A stretch of DNA of 64,000 nt from the human T2T-CHM13v2.0 reference genome, Homo sapiens: the NCBI RefSeq assembly GCF_009914755.1, contig NC_060938.1; one strand, given 5' to 3'. The translations under genes were made by a program, and so were the position numbers. Of this stretch, positions 29,459 through 44,152 are shown in pieces (positions within the stretch are counted from its first letter, which is position 1; the number at the start of each line of letters is the position of its first letter). The notes under the pieces are model-generated. The model saw only the letters and a list, made by a program, of their open reading frames with translations, had not been told where the DNA came from and did no database searches.

Positions 29459-29518
29459 GTTCTTGTGCAGGAGGTCCATGAGTCTCAGAAAGTATTTCCC
29501 ATGTGAGCTGGACCCTGA

Positions 29519-29571
29519 ATTTAAGGAAATGTGTGGTGGTTTCCTGTGGGTGCCTAAGTGAGGATTTGCAT
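29519..29571 (-). promoter_or_regulatory. IGHV4-4 promoter
   Basis: ATGCAAAT at 29564-29571; TTAAAT at ~29519. Confidence 0.9.
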
Positions 29572-29888
29572 GTAGGTGGTGCCTTTGTATAAAGAGGTGA
29601 AAAGGGATGAGGGAGGCCCCAGTCTTTTAGGCTCGCCCTGGGATGAGGATGCTTGCTTTGCCCTTTGAGAACTCAGTTCTCTTCCTGGGGCCTCAACTAG
29701 CCATGCCCTGGCTCCTCTTTTCCCAGGTGAGGAAGTAGATTGGAACAGCAGCTTAACGTAATAATCATGTGAGTTCAGACACACCAGGATTCACTTAATG
29801 TATAGTTCGGGACCTCCATCATGTTTAGAGGGAATCTCTCTGTTCTAGGGAGTGGGCCATTTTTTTAAAATTTTTAAATTAAAATAAA

Positions 29889-30173
<285 letters not shown>

Positions 30174-31779
30174 TAAGGCACTGGGAGCTGCCCTCTGAGA
30201 CCTTTTGAGTCCTGGAATTCTTTCTGAGACCTTAGGAAAAACTCGTGGGACATATCTTCATCATTCTCAATGTGTGACCCTGAGGATGTGTCCTGACCTC
30301 TGTACACTTCTGTGTGAAAGAGTAGATTGTGAATTGCAGTGAAAATTTCATATGTAAACTCTATAATAGGTCAGCACTGGAGGATATTCTCATTACCAAG
30401 ATTACTGCAGTTACCTTTCCTGGAAACCAGAGAGGAATTCTGTGAGCCCTCACCTCTGAGTGCACAAGGAACCCTGGTCCTGTCTGACAGGTCTCACATG
30501 TGACATGGGGGAAAACAGATACATTCAAGTCCAGTGTTTTCACCCATATATTGACCAATCTAGCCTGATCTATCTGTCTCTGAAAAGCCTTTTCCTTCAT
30601 TGAATGCATGAACATACCCTTGGGTATGGGGTATTGCAATGTGGGTATTTGGTATTTGTTTAGTGAATTATGTAATTAATAGGCTACCTCCATGAATGTG
30701 TGTAACAGTAGAGTTATCAGAAGTTGGATGAGTCATATTATCAGGACAAACCTGGACTCTCTTCTTGGGACCTGGACAAGTGGCCAATCTTCTGTGGTAA
30801 AGCAAAGGGGAAGAGACAGATCCAACATCCAGAAGCAGGGTAGCTCCTCACTTACCAGCTGGTGTCTGAGACTTTTGTTAGAATAGATGAAAAACGACCT
30901 ACCTTCACCTTCAGGGAAATGATGAACTTCGTATGAAATTGAGGTTAATTTTCACTTACAGAGAAGAAAATGTCATAGCCATGTATATATCTATGTGGGT
31001 GTGTACGGGTTTCCAGGATGTGTTCATACACAGAAAGGAAGCAGCTATATTTGCTGGGAAGAGAACCGAAGAGCTTCTGAATTTGTAGGTGTTGTTAACC
31101 ACAAATGTGTCATGTTACTACATCGTGTCATAGTGCTGGTGGTAAAACCTCCCAAAATTGTCATGGAGACAAATGCAAAGAAATAAAGATTCAAATCAGA
31201 TGCCTTTGGTCTGTAATGAACAGACCAAGAAATCAACCATTATGGAAAGAGTGATAGTTAAATGTAGTAGTAAATTCCACGCTGAGGTGAGAGGGAAGTT
31301 CCATCTGACAGCTCACTTTCACCTCTGGGAAGACTTCAGAGCACAGACTAAGAGCAGAGAGTGAACTTAGGGCAAGTGCGGTCAGATGTTTGAGGAGGAT
31401 GGAGAGAGAGCTGGAATCCTTGTGAGCCATTCGGAGAAGCAGCAGTGTGCCAGGGTGTATTGAGTCCTCCTGAGTTAACAGGTGCTGAACAGATACCAGT
31501 TTCACTGCCCTCATTTTGATTTATCCTCAAGAGTCTATTGGATTTCTAGATTTGAACACTGGAAAAGTTGATGAAACTCAACATGACTAGGAATATTTCC
31601 GGGAAGATTTATGTAATGATGTGAGCGTATTTAAAATTAGGTTATGAAAATTTCATTATCTAAAATGTTGGTATCAGTATCTATTGATTTGTTCTATTTT
31701 TCTTAGAGACAGGGTCTTGCTCTGTCTCTCAGGCTGGAATGCAGTGTCATCTATGAATTTTATAGTATTAAAAATGATC

Positions 31780-32110
<331 letters not shown>

Positions 32111-33699
32111 TTATCCCCTTGAGGGATTTTGCTCCATGTGTGCCTGTGACATAGTTCTAGTCACAGATGCAGGAGAAGTGGTCTGTTGAGGCAATTCTTC
32201 CTCCTCAGAGGAGAATATAAACTATCATCTCCTCACCTTGCTTATTCCATTTTCAGAATTGCACACGACCTTTGGGAATGCTGTCGCCATGTCTTACACG
32301 GTGGGAGTCGACTGTGGCATGAAGCTGGACTGGAGATGTGCAATTTTAGGAAAATACAGAACCTGGGCACACAAAGTTTTGAACTAATTGGGCCTGGAGC
32401 CACTCACATCCTGGCATCTTGTTGAATTGTTTGTCATTTTAAATTCTGGTTATTTAGTTCAAGTTTCCTTGATTCTCTTTCTGCTAAAATAGTCATTCAT
32501 AATCATCTAAATAAATTAAATTGGAAAAAAATTACTAATTTGAAAATTAACCTCGTTTCTGCTGAGGTCAAAATTAGTTTGAGGTGCACAGAGTGATGGG
32601 CATGGACATAGCAGATTACCAAGATTTCACTCACAGCCTAGGTAATCACTACATTTTATCTAAATTAGGAAACACTTCTGTACATTCCTTATATTTATTA
32701 AACTCCTGTTGAGAAACTTCAACTGTTATATGTTGATGGATCCTGCCCAATAATAAAACTAAATGTTTTTAAACACGAATTCCTATTACAATGTTAGCTT
32801 TACTTTAGGACACATTTCTTCACCTCATTTCAAATTGGCCCAGATGCACTGATTAGAGCGTGTCAGTTAAGAAACGACCAGGAAATGAGATCACGTTTCT
32901 GGAGCAGGACATGGCTTTGGGATGCTTTGCAAACGAAGTGGTTTCTCATGTCTTCTTGAAAATCCATTGAAATGGGCAAGTTAAGGACCTCTTAGAAGCA
33001 CTCTTCCATCCCATATACTTGACTAATAAAAAGGTGGAAGTCAGTGCGGAAAAATAGATAACATGAAAGCTAAAGTAAGATTTGTACCAGTTCATTGCGC
33101 CAAACATGTAATCTTAACCTAGAGTAGGATCTTATCTGAACCCTCAGGAGGTAAATTTCCTGAGAGATTCAAAGATGTCTTTATAAAATAACAACACTTA
33201 GCCCCCGATTTTATGTTAAAATAATGGAAAACTCCTGGTAATCTACTTCACTCAGTGTAAATCAGTTAAAAACAAAATTCTGGAAAACCTGTGAAGGTGG
33301 GACTTGCCGAGGAACTGAGCCTTGGGGGCCTTTGGACACTTTTAGTTGGATTTTCTTCAGCTTTGACTCTCCATGGAATTTGAACAAGTTTCGTTTACTG
33401 TCTGCTGTTTTTCTGAATGACTTGAAGTAATTACTTGACAAAAGCCTACAACCTTCTCAGTTGATAGACATATTTTATGTTTTCGACCTGTGACATGCCG
33501 ATGTTTTCATCAGGTAACTGAAGCACACCCACTACAGGAAGCAACTGTTATAAAGTGATTCTGTAAGGTGTTTCCATTACTCAAATGCTAAACTGCTATT
33601 ACCAGCAACAATATTCTGTAAATGTTGAAAAAAATGGCATTGCTACGTAGAATTAATCACAAATTTTAAAACTTTTTCATATATTATTTATTGTTTAAA

Positions 33700-34595
33700 T
33701 TCATAAGCATGGAATGTTTATTTTTCCATTTATTTGTTTTATCTCTGATTTTTTTCACATGTGTTTTGCTGTTTTTCTAGTAGAGATATTTCATCTCATT
33801 GGCTTAACTCTATTCCTAGGTATTCCACTGTCTTGATGGCTATTGGGAGAGCATGTTCTTGATTCCACTCTCAGCCAGAACGTTGTTGGTGACTAGAAAG
33901 GTTACTGTGATTTTCGTACATTGATTTTATATCCTGAAACATTCCTAAACGAATGTATCAATACTAGGAGACTTTTGGCAGAGCCTTCAATATTTTCTAC
34001 ATATAGAATCATATTATCAGTGAAAACAGAGGGTTTGCATTCTTCTTTTTCTTTTATTTGGATGCCTTTTATTTCTTTCTCTTGCCTGATCTGGTGAATA
34101 CTTCCAGTACTAGGCTGAATAGAAGTGGTGAGAGCGGGCATCCTTGTCTTGTTTCTGTTCTTAAGGAAAATGCTTCCAGTGTTTGCCCATTCAGTATGAT
34201 GTTGGCCATGGGTTTGTCATAGACGGCTCATCAGATTGAGGTGTGCTCCTTCAATGTCTATAATTTTGAGGATTTTTATCATGAAGCGTTGTTAGATTCT
34301 ATTGAAAGCTTTTTTCCTGCATCTGCTGGAATACTCACATGGTTTTTGCTTTTGATTCTGTTTAGTAGAGCATCACATTTATTGCTTTGCACAGGTTAAA
34401 GCACTTGTACAGTGCTGGATGGAATGTGAATTAGTCCAAGCACTGTGGAAAGCAGTTAAAGCAGCCTTGCATTTGCAGAATGAAGCCTACTTGATTGCAG
34501 TGTGTTAACTTTTTGATAAACTACTGGATTTGATTTCCTACGTTGAGAATTTTTAAGCCTATGATCATGAGAAGTATTTGTCTTGAATTTTCATC
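33700..34595 (-). mobile_element. L1 ORF2 fragment (L1PA/PB-like)
   Basis: Minus translation [12 protein letters not shown]...[11 protein letters not shown]...[11 protein letters not shown] corresponds to L1 RT. Confidence 0.9.
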
Positions 34596-35456
34596 TCTTC
34601 TCAGGAGCAGACACAGGCACTGATCAGGAACTGGGGACCTGTGAAGGTGAGTAGCTGGTCAGGGTTTCTGAGGATGAGCGTCTGTGATGGGACCTGCCTG
34701 TCCCTTCTCTTATGGGATGTCTCTCCTGAGGATCCTGTACTGTCTTATTTGTGCAGGTCCACTCTGTGGGACTTGTCTTTATAAATCTCAAATCTCAGGA
34801 ACAGGAGAGCTGTGCTCCAAAAGCCCCCATAGAGAAGACACATTCCCATCCTGCTGTGATTGAAACAGCTCCATCCTGGGCATGGGGAGGGCTCATGTGT
34901 CCCCCACACTGGGATGAACAGCAGCAGCCGCATGTGAGCTGAGGAGGACTCAAGGATGTTTCCCAGCACTTCCCCCAAGAAGGAAATTTGTGTGATTACC
35001 CCATATCCCGGCTGGCCCTGTGACTTGCTTCTTTCAAACTTCTTGGCCTGGAAAGTGCAGGCACCAGCTGTTACTGTCACTCCTGTTGTGACACTGTACA
35101 CAGCACCAGGGCAGGAGCCTGGGGATGGGGCTGAGGAGAGACACTAGCTAGGTGAATCCATTGAAAACTTGGGGACCTGCTGGGGTTCCTACTCTGAGAA
35201 GCACAGATCCTAGAGGGTTTGGAGGAGGAGGAAGTCACCATCAGTGACTCAGGAGCTGCTGCTCTGCAGGTCACCTGATTGGCAGGTAGCAGTGGGCAGG
35301 TGAGTGTGCTTCATCCCTACAGGGACACGAGGCTTCGACCTGCCCCTCCTCACCAGGAAGGAAACTGGCTTTGTTCATCCCGGTTTCCCCAGCTGTCTGG
35401 TCATCCTCTCTTCCTGACCTCCTGCCCAGGGCCCTCAGGCCTGTGATGCATGGACA
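34596..35456 (+). repeat. Direct repeat copy A (near-identical to 44153-45012; older paralog ~24180-25040)
   Basis: Sequence identity visible by eye; offset 9556-9557. Confidence 0.92.
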
Positions 35457-38400
35457 AAGTACCTGGAGGTACCAAAGGACCTGGAGGTTCCAGGAGGAAA
35501 TAAAAACGAGTTTGGGGTCTATGAGCTCTCTCACCCTCACACTAGTTCAGACATGCCCTTTCTGTTTATTTAGTTCAGATTTACATATAACAAACCACAC
35601 AGCCAGGCTCGTCTAAATTGCCACATGCTTGTTTAAACACATTGGAGCAGCATTAATCCTCACATTGATCTCAGAGAATCTTGGTTCCAGTTCACTGTTT
35701 ACATTAGCTGAGAGCAGCATCAGGGACACACTGGAGTGGACATTTCTTCCCTAAAAAAGCCTCACTCCCAAATATACTAAAGAGCTGCCATGGAGCCATT
35801 GTGTGGTTGGATTTCTTCTTATCAGCCTGTCATGGAGGATATTTTGAATGATGTAGACTTTACACTTAGATGGTAATGACTCCCATTGTTGTTGAAATGG
35901 CTGGCAGCCCACAATCCTGTTTCTCCTCTCAACTCACCTGAATGTCTCCAAGAACCCCAGGAACCTCAGGACTCCCTTCATGGATGACTCTGAGGATTGT
36001 TAGTCTGCTCAGTGCTACACACAGAAGTAGCTAACAGAGGATTCTCAGTCCGCTGACATGTTGGGCTCATAACATAGGACACACATCCAAGAGTGGCCAA
36101 TTCATGTCAATGCCAATGGAAATTTAATTGAAGAGGCATTATTTTTAGTGCATTGGAGTGTAAAATCTTCATGATTCATGGCAATAGAGCCACAGACTGA
36201 ATGCTTTGCAGAAGAAGTGAGCTCATTGTTAGAAGAAAGAGGCCTGCCCCCAAGAAGTCAGTCTCTTTAACTAAAGCACCTGAAATATGGTGTCCTGAGA
36301 CCTTGTGAAAATTCATTTCCTGGAGTAAAGAAAGGGGAAAGCTATTCTTAAATCATTGGAAGAAACCATATCAGAAATTTTATCAACACAGCAGTCAAAT
36401 TCCAGTAAGTCAATGCTTGGGTTTATGTTTCACAACTCAGGAAGCAATAAAGAAATCTACATAATCGGAAGGCTACTCCAACAGAGGGAATTTTGACCTA
36501 TTTAATTAATAGGCCAGTATTCACTCAAAGACACACTCCTGTGAGATCTCCAACTTAAACAGATCTCTGTAACCTGAAGAAGTTTTCTCAACAGATTCTT
36601 TTTTCTCTAGACACTCGCAAATGCAAAAATACATTTTGTATATTTGTGTATGAGTGATCTAGAGAAGTCCTTGCCTTGTTAATGAAAGTTCATGGAAATA
36701 TGATAACTGCATCACTTACTGTGAACTCACACTTCACTTGTCTCAAAAATTTCTCACCCATGTGATGGAGCAATGGGTGCCTGTAAGAATATGCTGATTT
36801 TTGGACTCAATGTGTTCTCTTTGCTTGACTTATAGACGCATGTCTGACATCTGAGACACACCCTGGGGAGCTGTCTCCAGACACAATAATGTAATCTTCT
36901 TCATGAACACAACTCTGCATTCTCCACATACCTCAGCCACACCTGAGGGGAGAGCTGTTAGCTTCACCGTCCAAAAGCGCTTTATACCCTGGAGTCTGAA
37001 AAATAATTTGGATGTGATACCACCTTGTACTTGTAATATAGAGGGCAGAGGTCAGCCTCCCCCTGGACTTGAATGTGTTTTATTGTTGTATGTATTTTCT
37101 TGCAGACATGAATTACTTGCTTGACAAAAACTACAGCCATGCCAGTTCATAAAATTTTCCTTATTCTGATTTTCCCATCTGTGGCATTTGAATTTCAATA
37201 CTGAGTGAGCGATGTGCATACCTCACAGGAGCAATTACAAAATAACTCTTTTTAGCTCCTTAGTGTTACTCAAATGCTGCACTGTCCTTACTGCCAAAAA
37301 TCTTCTGGAAAGTTCTAAATAAAACTGAATCATATGTTGCATCGTTAAGTTAAAAGTCGCATAACATTCAGAAACACATGAGCTTTTTTGCCGAAGGTAA
37401 ATCTGCTAAAACTTACAACACAGGGTCTGCTTTCTCAAGGACACAAACATTATCACCGTATGACTTGATTCATCAAAAGCCCATGTATTTTCAATTACAT
37501 CTTCAATATTAGACTCTGATTCATTAAATGCAGATACAGCAAAGTATTTTAGGGGACTCATGTGCTATGCAGAAGCATTCAACAGGATGTTAAAGATGCC
37601 TTCCCACCAAATCTTCCTAATTATCTTTTTATTGTCATTAACTTGGAAATTCTTTATTTTAGAAGAGACATCAGAGAAAAGCAGCTTCAAACATTGTCAA
37701 AAGGCCTTATTATTTAACGTTATCAACAAACGCAGCAGTAATCCAGGATATCAGTTCATAGGTTTATGAAGTGAAAATGGGATGGGTTACAAAAGTTGTT
37801 TTGAGAGAACGATCCTGTAGTTGTAGAATCAATATCAAGGGTGGCATCAGTGTAAGGTTGAACTGGCAGTGTCTGGGATGATGTCCTTGCAAAAGTAATT
37901 CTTTATAAGATTGTGGTGTCTTCTTCCCAAGATTGTGGTTAAGCAGAGTCTATTTATGATAGTTCTTGTTATCAAGAATATGGGCTTAAGAACCCTCCTT
38001 CATGGTCATTCCTAGTTTCATTTGTCAGGGTGTTAACACAAGTGGCTCCATTTTGATTCTGACAACTTTCCCACTCTCTTTCTAACACTACAGGTGAGGA
38101 AGGTGAACCTGTGTTAGTTTGCACAACACAGGATAAATTCCACATCCACATCCCATTTTGACCACACAAGCTCATCCCCTTCACAACTATTGGTCACTTG
38201 CATTCCCAGGTGAGTCTCCACACAACACACTGGAGGGTTCTGAGCAACGGGAGAGAAGATAGTCCCGTCAGCCTCTCCCACGTGGCTGCAGGAGCCACAG
38301 TCTGAGCCCCACCTGAGCTGCAGGGAAAGGGCTTGAGCCCTGGAATTTTTACAGCAAGAACCACATCTCCACTTTACAGGGATCAGGAACAGCGAAAGGA

Positions 38401-38994
38401 AAATCAACAACAAACACAACTAACAAGAAATAGAATGGGCTACGAGCAAAAGGGGCCCCAGATCAGTGCTGATACAGATTTGCATACTTTAGTGTCAGGA
38501 GAAGGGTCAGACGTAAATCCTGTGAGGTTCTACCTGACACTGACCCTGGCCCAGCCTCTCTCTTGGCTGAGGTTAGAATTCCTAAATACTGCTTTCTTCA
38601 GGGAACCCCACTAAGGTCCCTGTCCTGAGTGTGACTGGAGAAGACTCACTGGGTTCCCCTCAGCTTCCACAGGGCTGTGACCCTGGTGACCACTGGCAGA
38701 GGGATTGTTCCGCATTTAGTGCCTGTGAGAAGGTTTCCTCCTGGTACAACAAAACTGTGGTATTTCAGAGACGTAGAGCTAGGCACAGCATCATGAAATA
38801 AGGGAGGGTCCCTGGAGGAAACATGTAGATGTAGAGGCAGCCCCACACCCTGGCAGTAAACCAGCCTCTCATCTCCACCCACACCTGCTCTGGGGCTGGC
38901 CCTGTGCTTCCTGCAACCTGCTCTTCCCCTGGTGGTCTTGAGTCCCCCTCACGGTCCTGAGTCTTGCTGGCGGTCCTCAGTGCCCTGAGAGCAA

Positions 38995-39387
38995 GTTTTG
39001 TGTCAGGGCTCACAAGGACACCTCCTCACTGAGTCTTTCACAGTAATACTCAGCCATGTCCTAGGCAGCCATGGAGCTGAGCCTCACAGAGAACTGGCTC
39101 TTGGTTGAGTCATTGTTGATGGAGATGCAGACCTGGGTAGAGGGTGCATGATGTGTATTCCTTGGTGATCTTGATGATGATCTTGGTGATCTTGGTGATC
39201 ATGATGTGTATTCCTGGTAGCTGTGCCCCAGCCATTCTAATCTGTTGCCCAGGGGATGGTGGATTCAGCTCAAATAATATCCACCGGTAAAAAAAAAGAA
39301 TCCAGACACAGCACAGGTGGAGGGCAGTGTCTGAGGGCCTCATGGGTCCTGGACCTGACTCCTGCAGCTGCACCTGGGACAGTACAC
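38995..39387 (-). pseudogene. Clan II (IGHV4-like) V pseudogene with defective RSS
   Basis: [21 protein letters not shown] from 39387; frameshifts and insertion; ...KSQFSVRLSSMAA*DMAEYYCER; heptamer CTCAGTG (39027-39033), 23 nt, ACACAAAAC. Confidence 0.9.
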
Positions 39388-40347
39388 CTGGAATAAGAGG
39401 GAACATCCTGGTGAGTCACACACAGAGCTCACTGTCCCCATCACCCCATTTCTTATTTCTAGAATTTCACACTGAAAAGCTGTCATCCATCAAAGACATG
39501 TAAAAAGTTGATCTAATTGAGAGAAAGATTAACGCCTTTCATGGGGAAATTGTGCTCAGGCTGATGACAGAGCAGTATCTAGGGAGGAGAGAGGCTGACA
39601 ACACCCAGCATTGTTCTCCTAAACAGAGTTTGAGGAGAAGTGTGCATGTGCCAGGAGCCCCGCACATGTAAGGGGCAGGAACCATGGCGACCCTCTGTCT
39701 CGGAGCCTCTTCTCAGGGGTGATTTTCCTGCTCAGGCGTCAGATGACACGAAGTCATTCCTCCTCTGAAAGAGCATCCCTCTGCTGAGTGTTCAAGGCAT
39801 CCATTCTCACCCCAAGGGCAGGAAGGCAGGTGACAGAAACAAGCAGGTTTGCTGGACAGAGAGGGAAGAATAGGAGTAGGAACTGGGGAAACACATGGTG
39901 CCCAGGACCTGTGGTCTACAGTCCTCCTGCTTCTTTCGGGTTCCCAGCTGGAGATGATACATTGTGAACTTTCCTGGCAGTCACGCTTCTGGAGGGAGGA
40001 TTGGGGGAAATGCTGAGTAAGTTCTCCTCTTTGCTGAGCACAGCGTTTTCACTCTCTGTGGTATGTGGTTTAATCCCTTCCCGGTTGAGTCACCCCTGCT
40101 CATCCCTCCCTGTTGCTCCCCAGGTTTTGCTTCTTTGCTCACAGTCTTATCCTTTTCTAGATTTCTTTTCCTGGAGCCCCCATAGTAGCCTTGAGTGACA
40201 ACATCACTCCAGTCCACAACATCTTATAAACTGTGATTAATTTCCTTTTGATTACCTATGAACACTTTATAAGAAAATAGATGGTATGGAGAAACATTGC
40301 TTTCCTGTTATACATAGAGCCCTGCTGCATTCTCAACAGGCCTGAGG

Positions 40348-40349
<2 letters not shown>

Positions 40350-40392
<43 letters not shown>
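40350..40392. repeat. (CA)n microsatellite
   Basis: Direct observation. Confidence 0.95.
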
Positions 40393-40397
<5 letters not shown>

Positions 40398-40669
40398 TCC
40401 CACATCCCCTTTCAATTTCCAACAGGAAAAGTCACAACTGTTTTGGAAGAATTGTTTGCATGGGGCATGGGAGCCACATGAGTCATCACCCCTCTCTGAG
40501 CATACAGGATCTCCATGTTCAAAGAGGAGAGAGACTCCAGGTGTGCAGGAGCCCAGTGTTTCAGGACCTGGGAACAGAATCATGGGAGACCAAGTACAGC
40601 AGGACTGACCAAGAGGACTAAAGCACTGATGGTAGACTTTGAGTGAGGAGAACAAGGTAAGGCCTGATC

Positions 40670-42130
40670 TTATGTCTTCTGCCCTTCATTCTGTTGACAT
40701 GATGTGTCACATTGATTGATTTGCATAGGTTGAACCATCCTTGCATCCCTGGGATAAACTGCACTTGGTCATGATGAATGGTTCTTTTGTTATGTTATTG
40801 AATTTGGTTTGCTAAGATTTCCTTGAGGAGTTTTGCGTCCATATTCATCAGTGATATTGACCTATAGTTTTCTTTTTTTTTAGGTGTGTCTTTGTCTGGT
40901 TTTTGTATAAGGGTAATGCTGGCCTCGTACAGGAGATTTGGAAGAATTCCTCCCCTCTTTATCTGTTTTTGGAATATTTTGAGTGGGGTTAGGTATTATC
41001 TCTTCTTTAAATATTTGTCATAATTGAGCAATGAAGTCATCAAGTCCCGAGATTTTATTTGCTGGGAGACCTTTTATTACGGCTTCATTCTCACTACTTG
41101 TTACTGATCTGTTCAGGTTTTCAATTTCTTCCTCGTTCAATCAAAGTTGTATGTGTCTCTAAATCTATCCATTTCTTCCAGATATTTCAATTTATTGGCA
41201 TTTAGTTGTTCCTGCTAGCCTCTAATGATTCTTTGATTTTCTGCACCATTGGTTGTAATATTTCCATTTTTCTCTCTGATTTCATTTACTTTGGTCTTCT
41301 TTCTTTTTTTCTTAGTCTGGTTAAAGGTTTGTAGATGTCTTTTATCTTTTTAAAAAACAGCTTTTCATTTGATCCATCTTTTGTATTGTTTTCTTTATTT
41401 CAATTTTATGTATTAACGTTTTGATCTTTCCTTTTTTTTTTTTTACTGTGTTTGGGTTTGATTTGCTCTTGCTTTTCTATTTTTTAAAAGACATTCCTAG
41501 GATGTTTATTTTATGGTTGTCTACTTTTTTAAAGTAAGTGCTTATAGCTATAAACTTTCCTCTTAATACTGCTTTCACTGTATTTCATAGGTTTTCATAT
41601 GCTTTGTCTTCTTTATCATTTCTTTCAATAAATTTTAAAATTTTTTATGTCTTTATTAACCCATTTTGGAGCATGTGGTTCAATTTGGGAGCACATTGTT
41701 TAATTAGGGAGCATATTGTTTAATTTCCATGTGTTTGCATAGTTTTCCAAGATTCCTCTTATTAATTTAGTTTTCTTCCATTATGATCAGAGAAGGTACT
41801 TGATATCTTCTCAATTAAAAAATGACTAATTTTCTGGTCTACTATATGGTCTATCCTTGAGACTGATCCATATGTTTAGGAAAAGACTGTGCACTCTACA
41901 GCCATTGGATGAAGTGTTCTGTCAATATCCATTATGTCCATTTGGTCTGTCATGTACATTTAGTCTAAGATTTCATTGTTAATTTTCTGTCTGGAAGATC
42001 TGTCCAATGCTGAGGGTGGGGTGTTAAAGTCTCCAGCTTTTACTGTATTGGGTCTATCTCTCTGTTTAGCTCTAATAATGTTTGCTTGATATATCTGGGT
42101 ACTCCACTGTTGGGTGCATATATATGTATG
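40670..42130 (-). mobile_element. L1 ORF2 fragment (L1MA/PB-like)
   Basis: ttgatttgcataggttgaaccatccttgcatccctgggataa...gctataaactttcctcttaatactgc...gatctgtccaatgctgag. Confidence 0.88.
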
Positions 42131-42206
42131 TTTATAACCCTACAAAGGGTGCAGCCACGTTGTCCCTGTCACTGCCTCAGCTCAGCACAGCTGCCTCCTC
42201 CCACAG

Positions 42207-42682
<476 letters not shown>

Positions 42683-42761
42683 GGTGTGGAGCTGTGGTCT
42701 AGGGGCTTCTTCTTAGGAGGGGTGTGGTTGTTGGGTGATGCTCTCAGGGCCCAAAGATAGC

Positions 42762-42794
42762 TATATTTACCTCAGTTATTTGCATATTCATGAG
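42762..42794 (-). promoter_or_regulatory. IGHV7-4-1 promoter
   Basis: ATGCAAAT at 42778-42785, CTCATGA, TAAATATA. Confidence 0.92.
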
Positions 42795-43414
42795 TGATCC
42801 TATTTCATACCTGATATTGCATGAGAAAGAGCAGAGAGATGACACACGGAGGATGCTCAAGGTTCAAGCTGTAATCCCCTTAGAGGCCATGTGAGCCCTG
42901 CCATATCCCTAAGCTCTATGTTGACAGAGCTTCTCCCATTGGCTAACAATTTTCCCTAGAACAGGACTTCACTGGGAACCCACACTCAAATGGCTCAGAG
43001 GTAATATAAGCATTTCTAGGCTTTAATACATGAATGTATTATTTGGGGGATGAGTGTGTTTCTCCAAAAGTTTCACTTATTTATAGAAAAGAAAAGTAGT
43101 TTCCTTAACCTCCAGCTGCATACTATTAAGATATCTAGAAGGGTTAGAAATCTCCAGTGTAAAAGTGGTTCTCATTACAACATCAAGTTTGATAAATGCT
43201 CGCAATTGAATAGGATATTTATAGAATGTTCAGTTGTCAAATATGTATTTTAGATTTTTTAAAGAATGACACAGATCTCGAGAGGAATCCCTCCCCAGCC
43301 TCCTGTGCACCTGCTCTGGGGCTGAAACTTGTACTGGGTGGGCTTTGAGCGTCCCCTGCAGCCCAGCCCTTGCACTGCAGAGAGGCTCCTGTCTGGGCTC
43401 CCAGAGCATTTTCC

Positions 43415-43715
43415 CCCAAGTATGAAGTGGCTGTGTCCTGGCTCGGAATGCTCCTTTAGTGACACGTGACACCATGTACTGCTGACACCATCTCTTACAA
43501 TAGTAAATTGGCCGTAGGAAAGCCAGTGAACTCTGCAGAAACACCCCAAGCAAGGATTCTATGAAACCACCAGGGAGCCCCTTCCCTGGAGCTCCGGAAG
43601 CACTGGATCAGTCCACACTCATAGTGAGTCCAGGAACTCCCAGGGACTTTGGGAAAACACCTAATCTCTTGTCAGTTCCTTTGGATGAACATCTCATCAG
43701 ATAATTTCTAAACCT
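43415..43715 (-). pseudogene. Cryptic degenerate IGHV relic upstream of IGHV7-4-1
   Basis: Minus strand: gctccagggaaggggct (exact IGHV3 FR2 APGKGL motif, 43576-43592), GQFTIVRDG (43488-43513), QDTATSY. Confidence 0.7.
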
Positions 43716-44152
43716 GCCCACTCCACAACTCCTAATCTACATACACACATACACACACACACACACAGTGCCTAGATTCCCCACAGTAATGGGAGGGAAC
43801 TGTGCCTTACTCCCTGTGTCTAGCACATTGGTTGTGCACCCACAGTGCCCCTAGGCCTGGGGATATGCCCTTGTCAAGTAGAGCAACAGCAAACACCTTA
43901 CACCTGGAGACGGGGCCCTGCACACACTGTTGCTTCCCTGTTCTCCCAGGACCTGGGATCCTGCAAATGCCTCTGAGAAGCATTCAGGCTCCCCCGGGAG
44001 AGTCAGACACAGCCCAGCCCCACCGAGTCGGTGCAGCCTGCACTGAGCCGCTGACCTGTGGGGAAAGTCACAGCAGACCCACAGCCCAGCCAGCCCCACT
44101 CCCAGAGGCACATCAAGGAAGGGGGCAGAACCCTGGGGACTGTTGATGGGGA

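Noticed and set aside
29459-29479. Upstream in-frame ATG (MDLLHKN) of IGHV4-4
   Set aside because: Common in IGHV4 genes; the canonical 46-nt leader starts at 29458.
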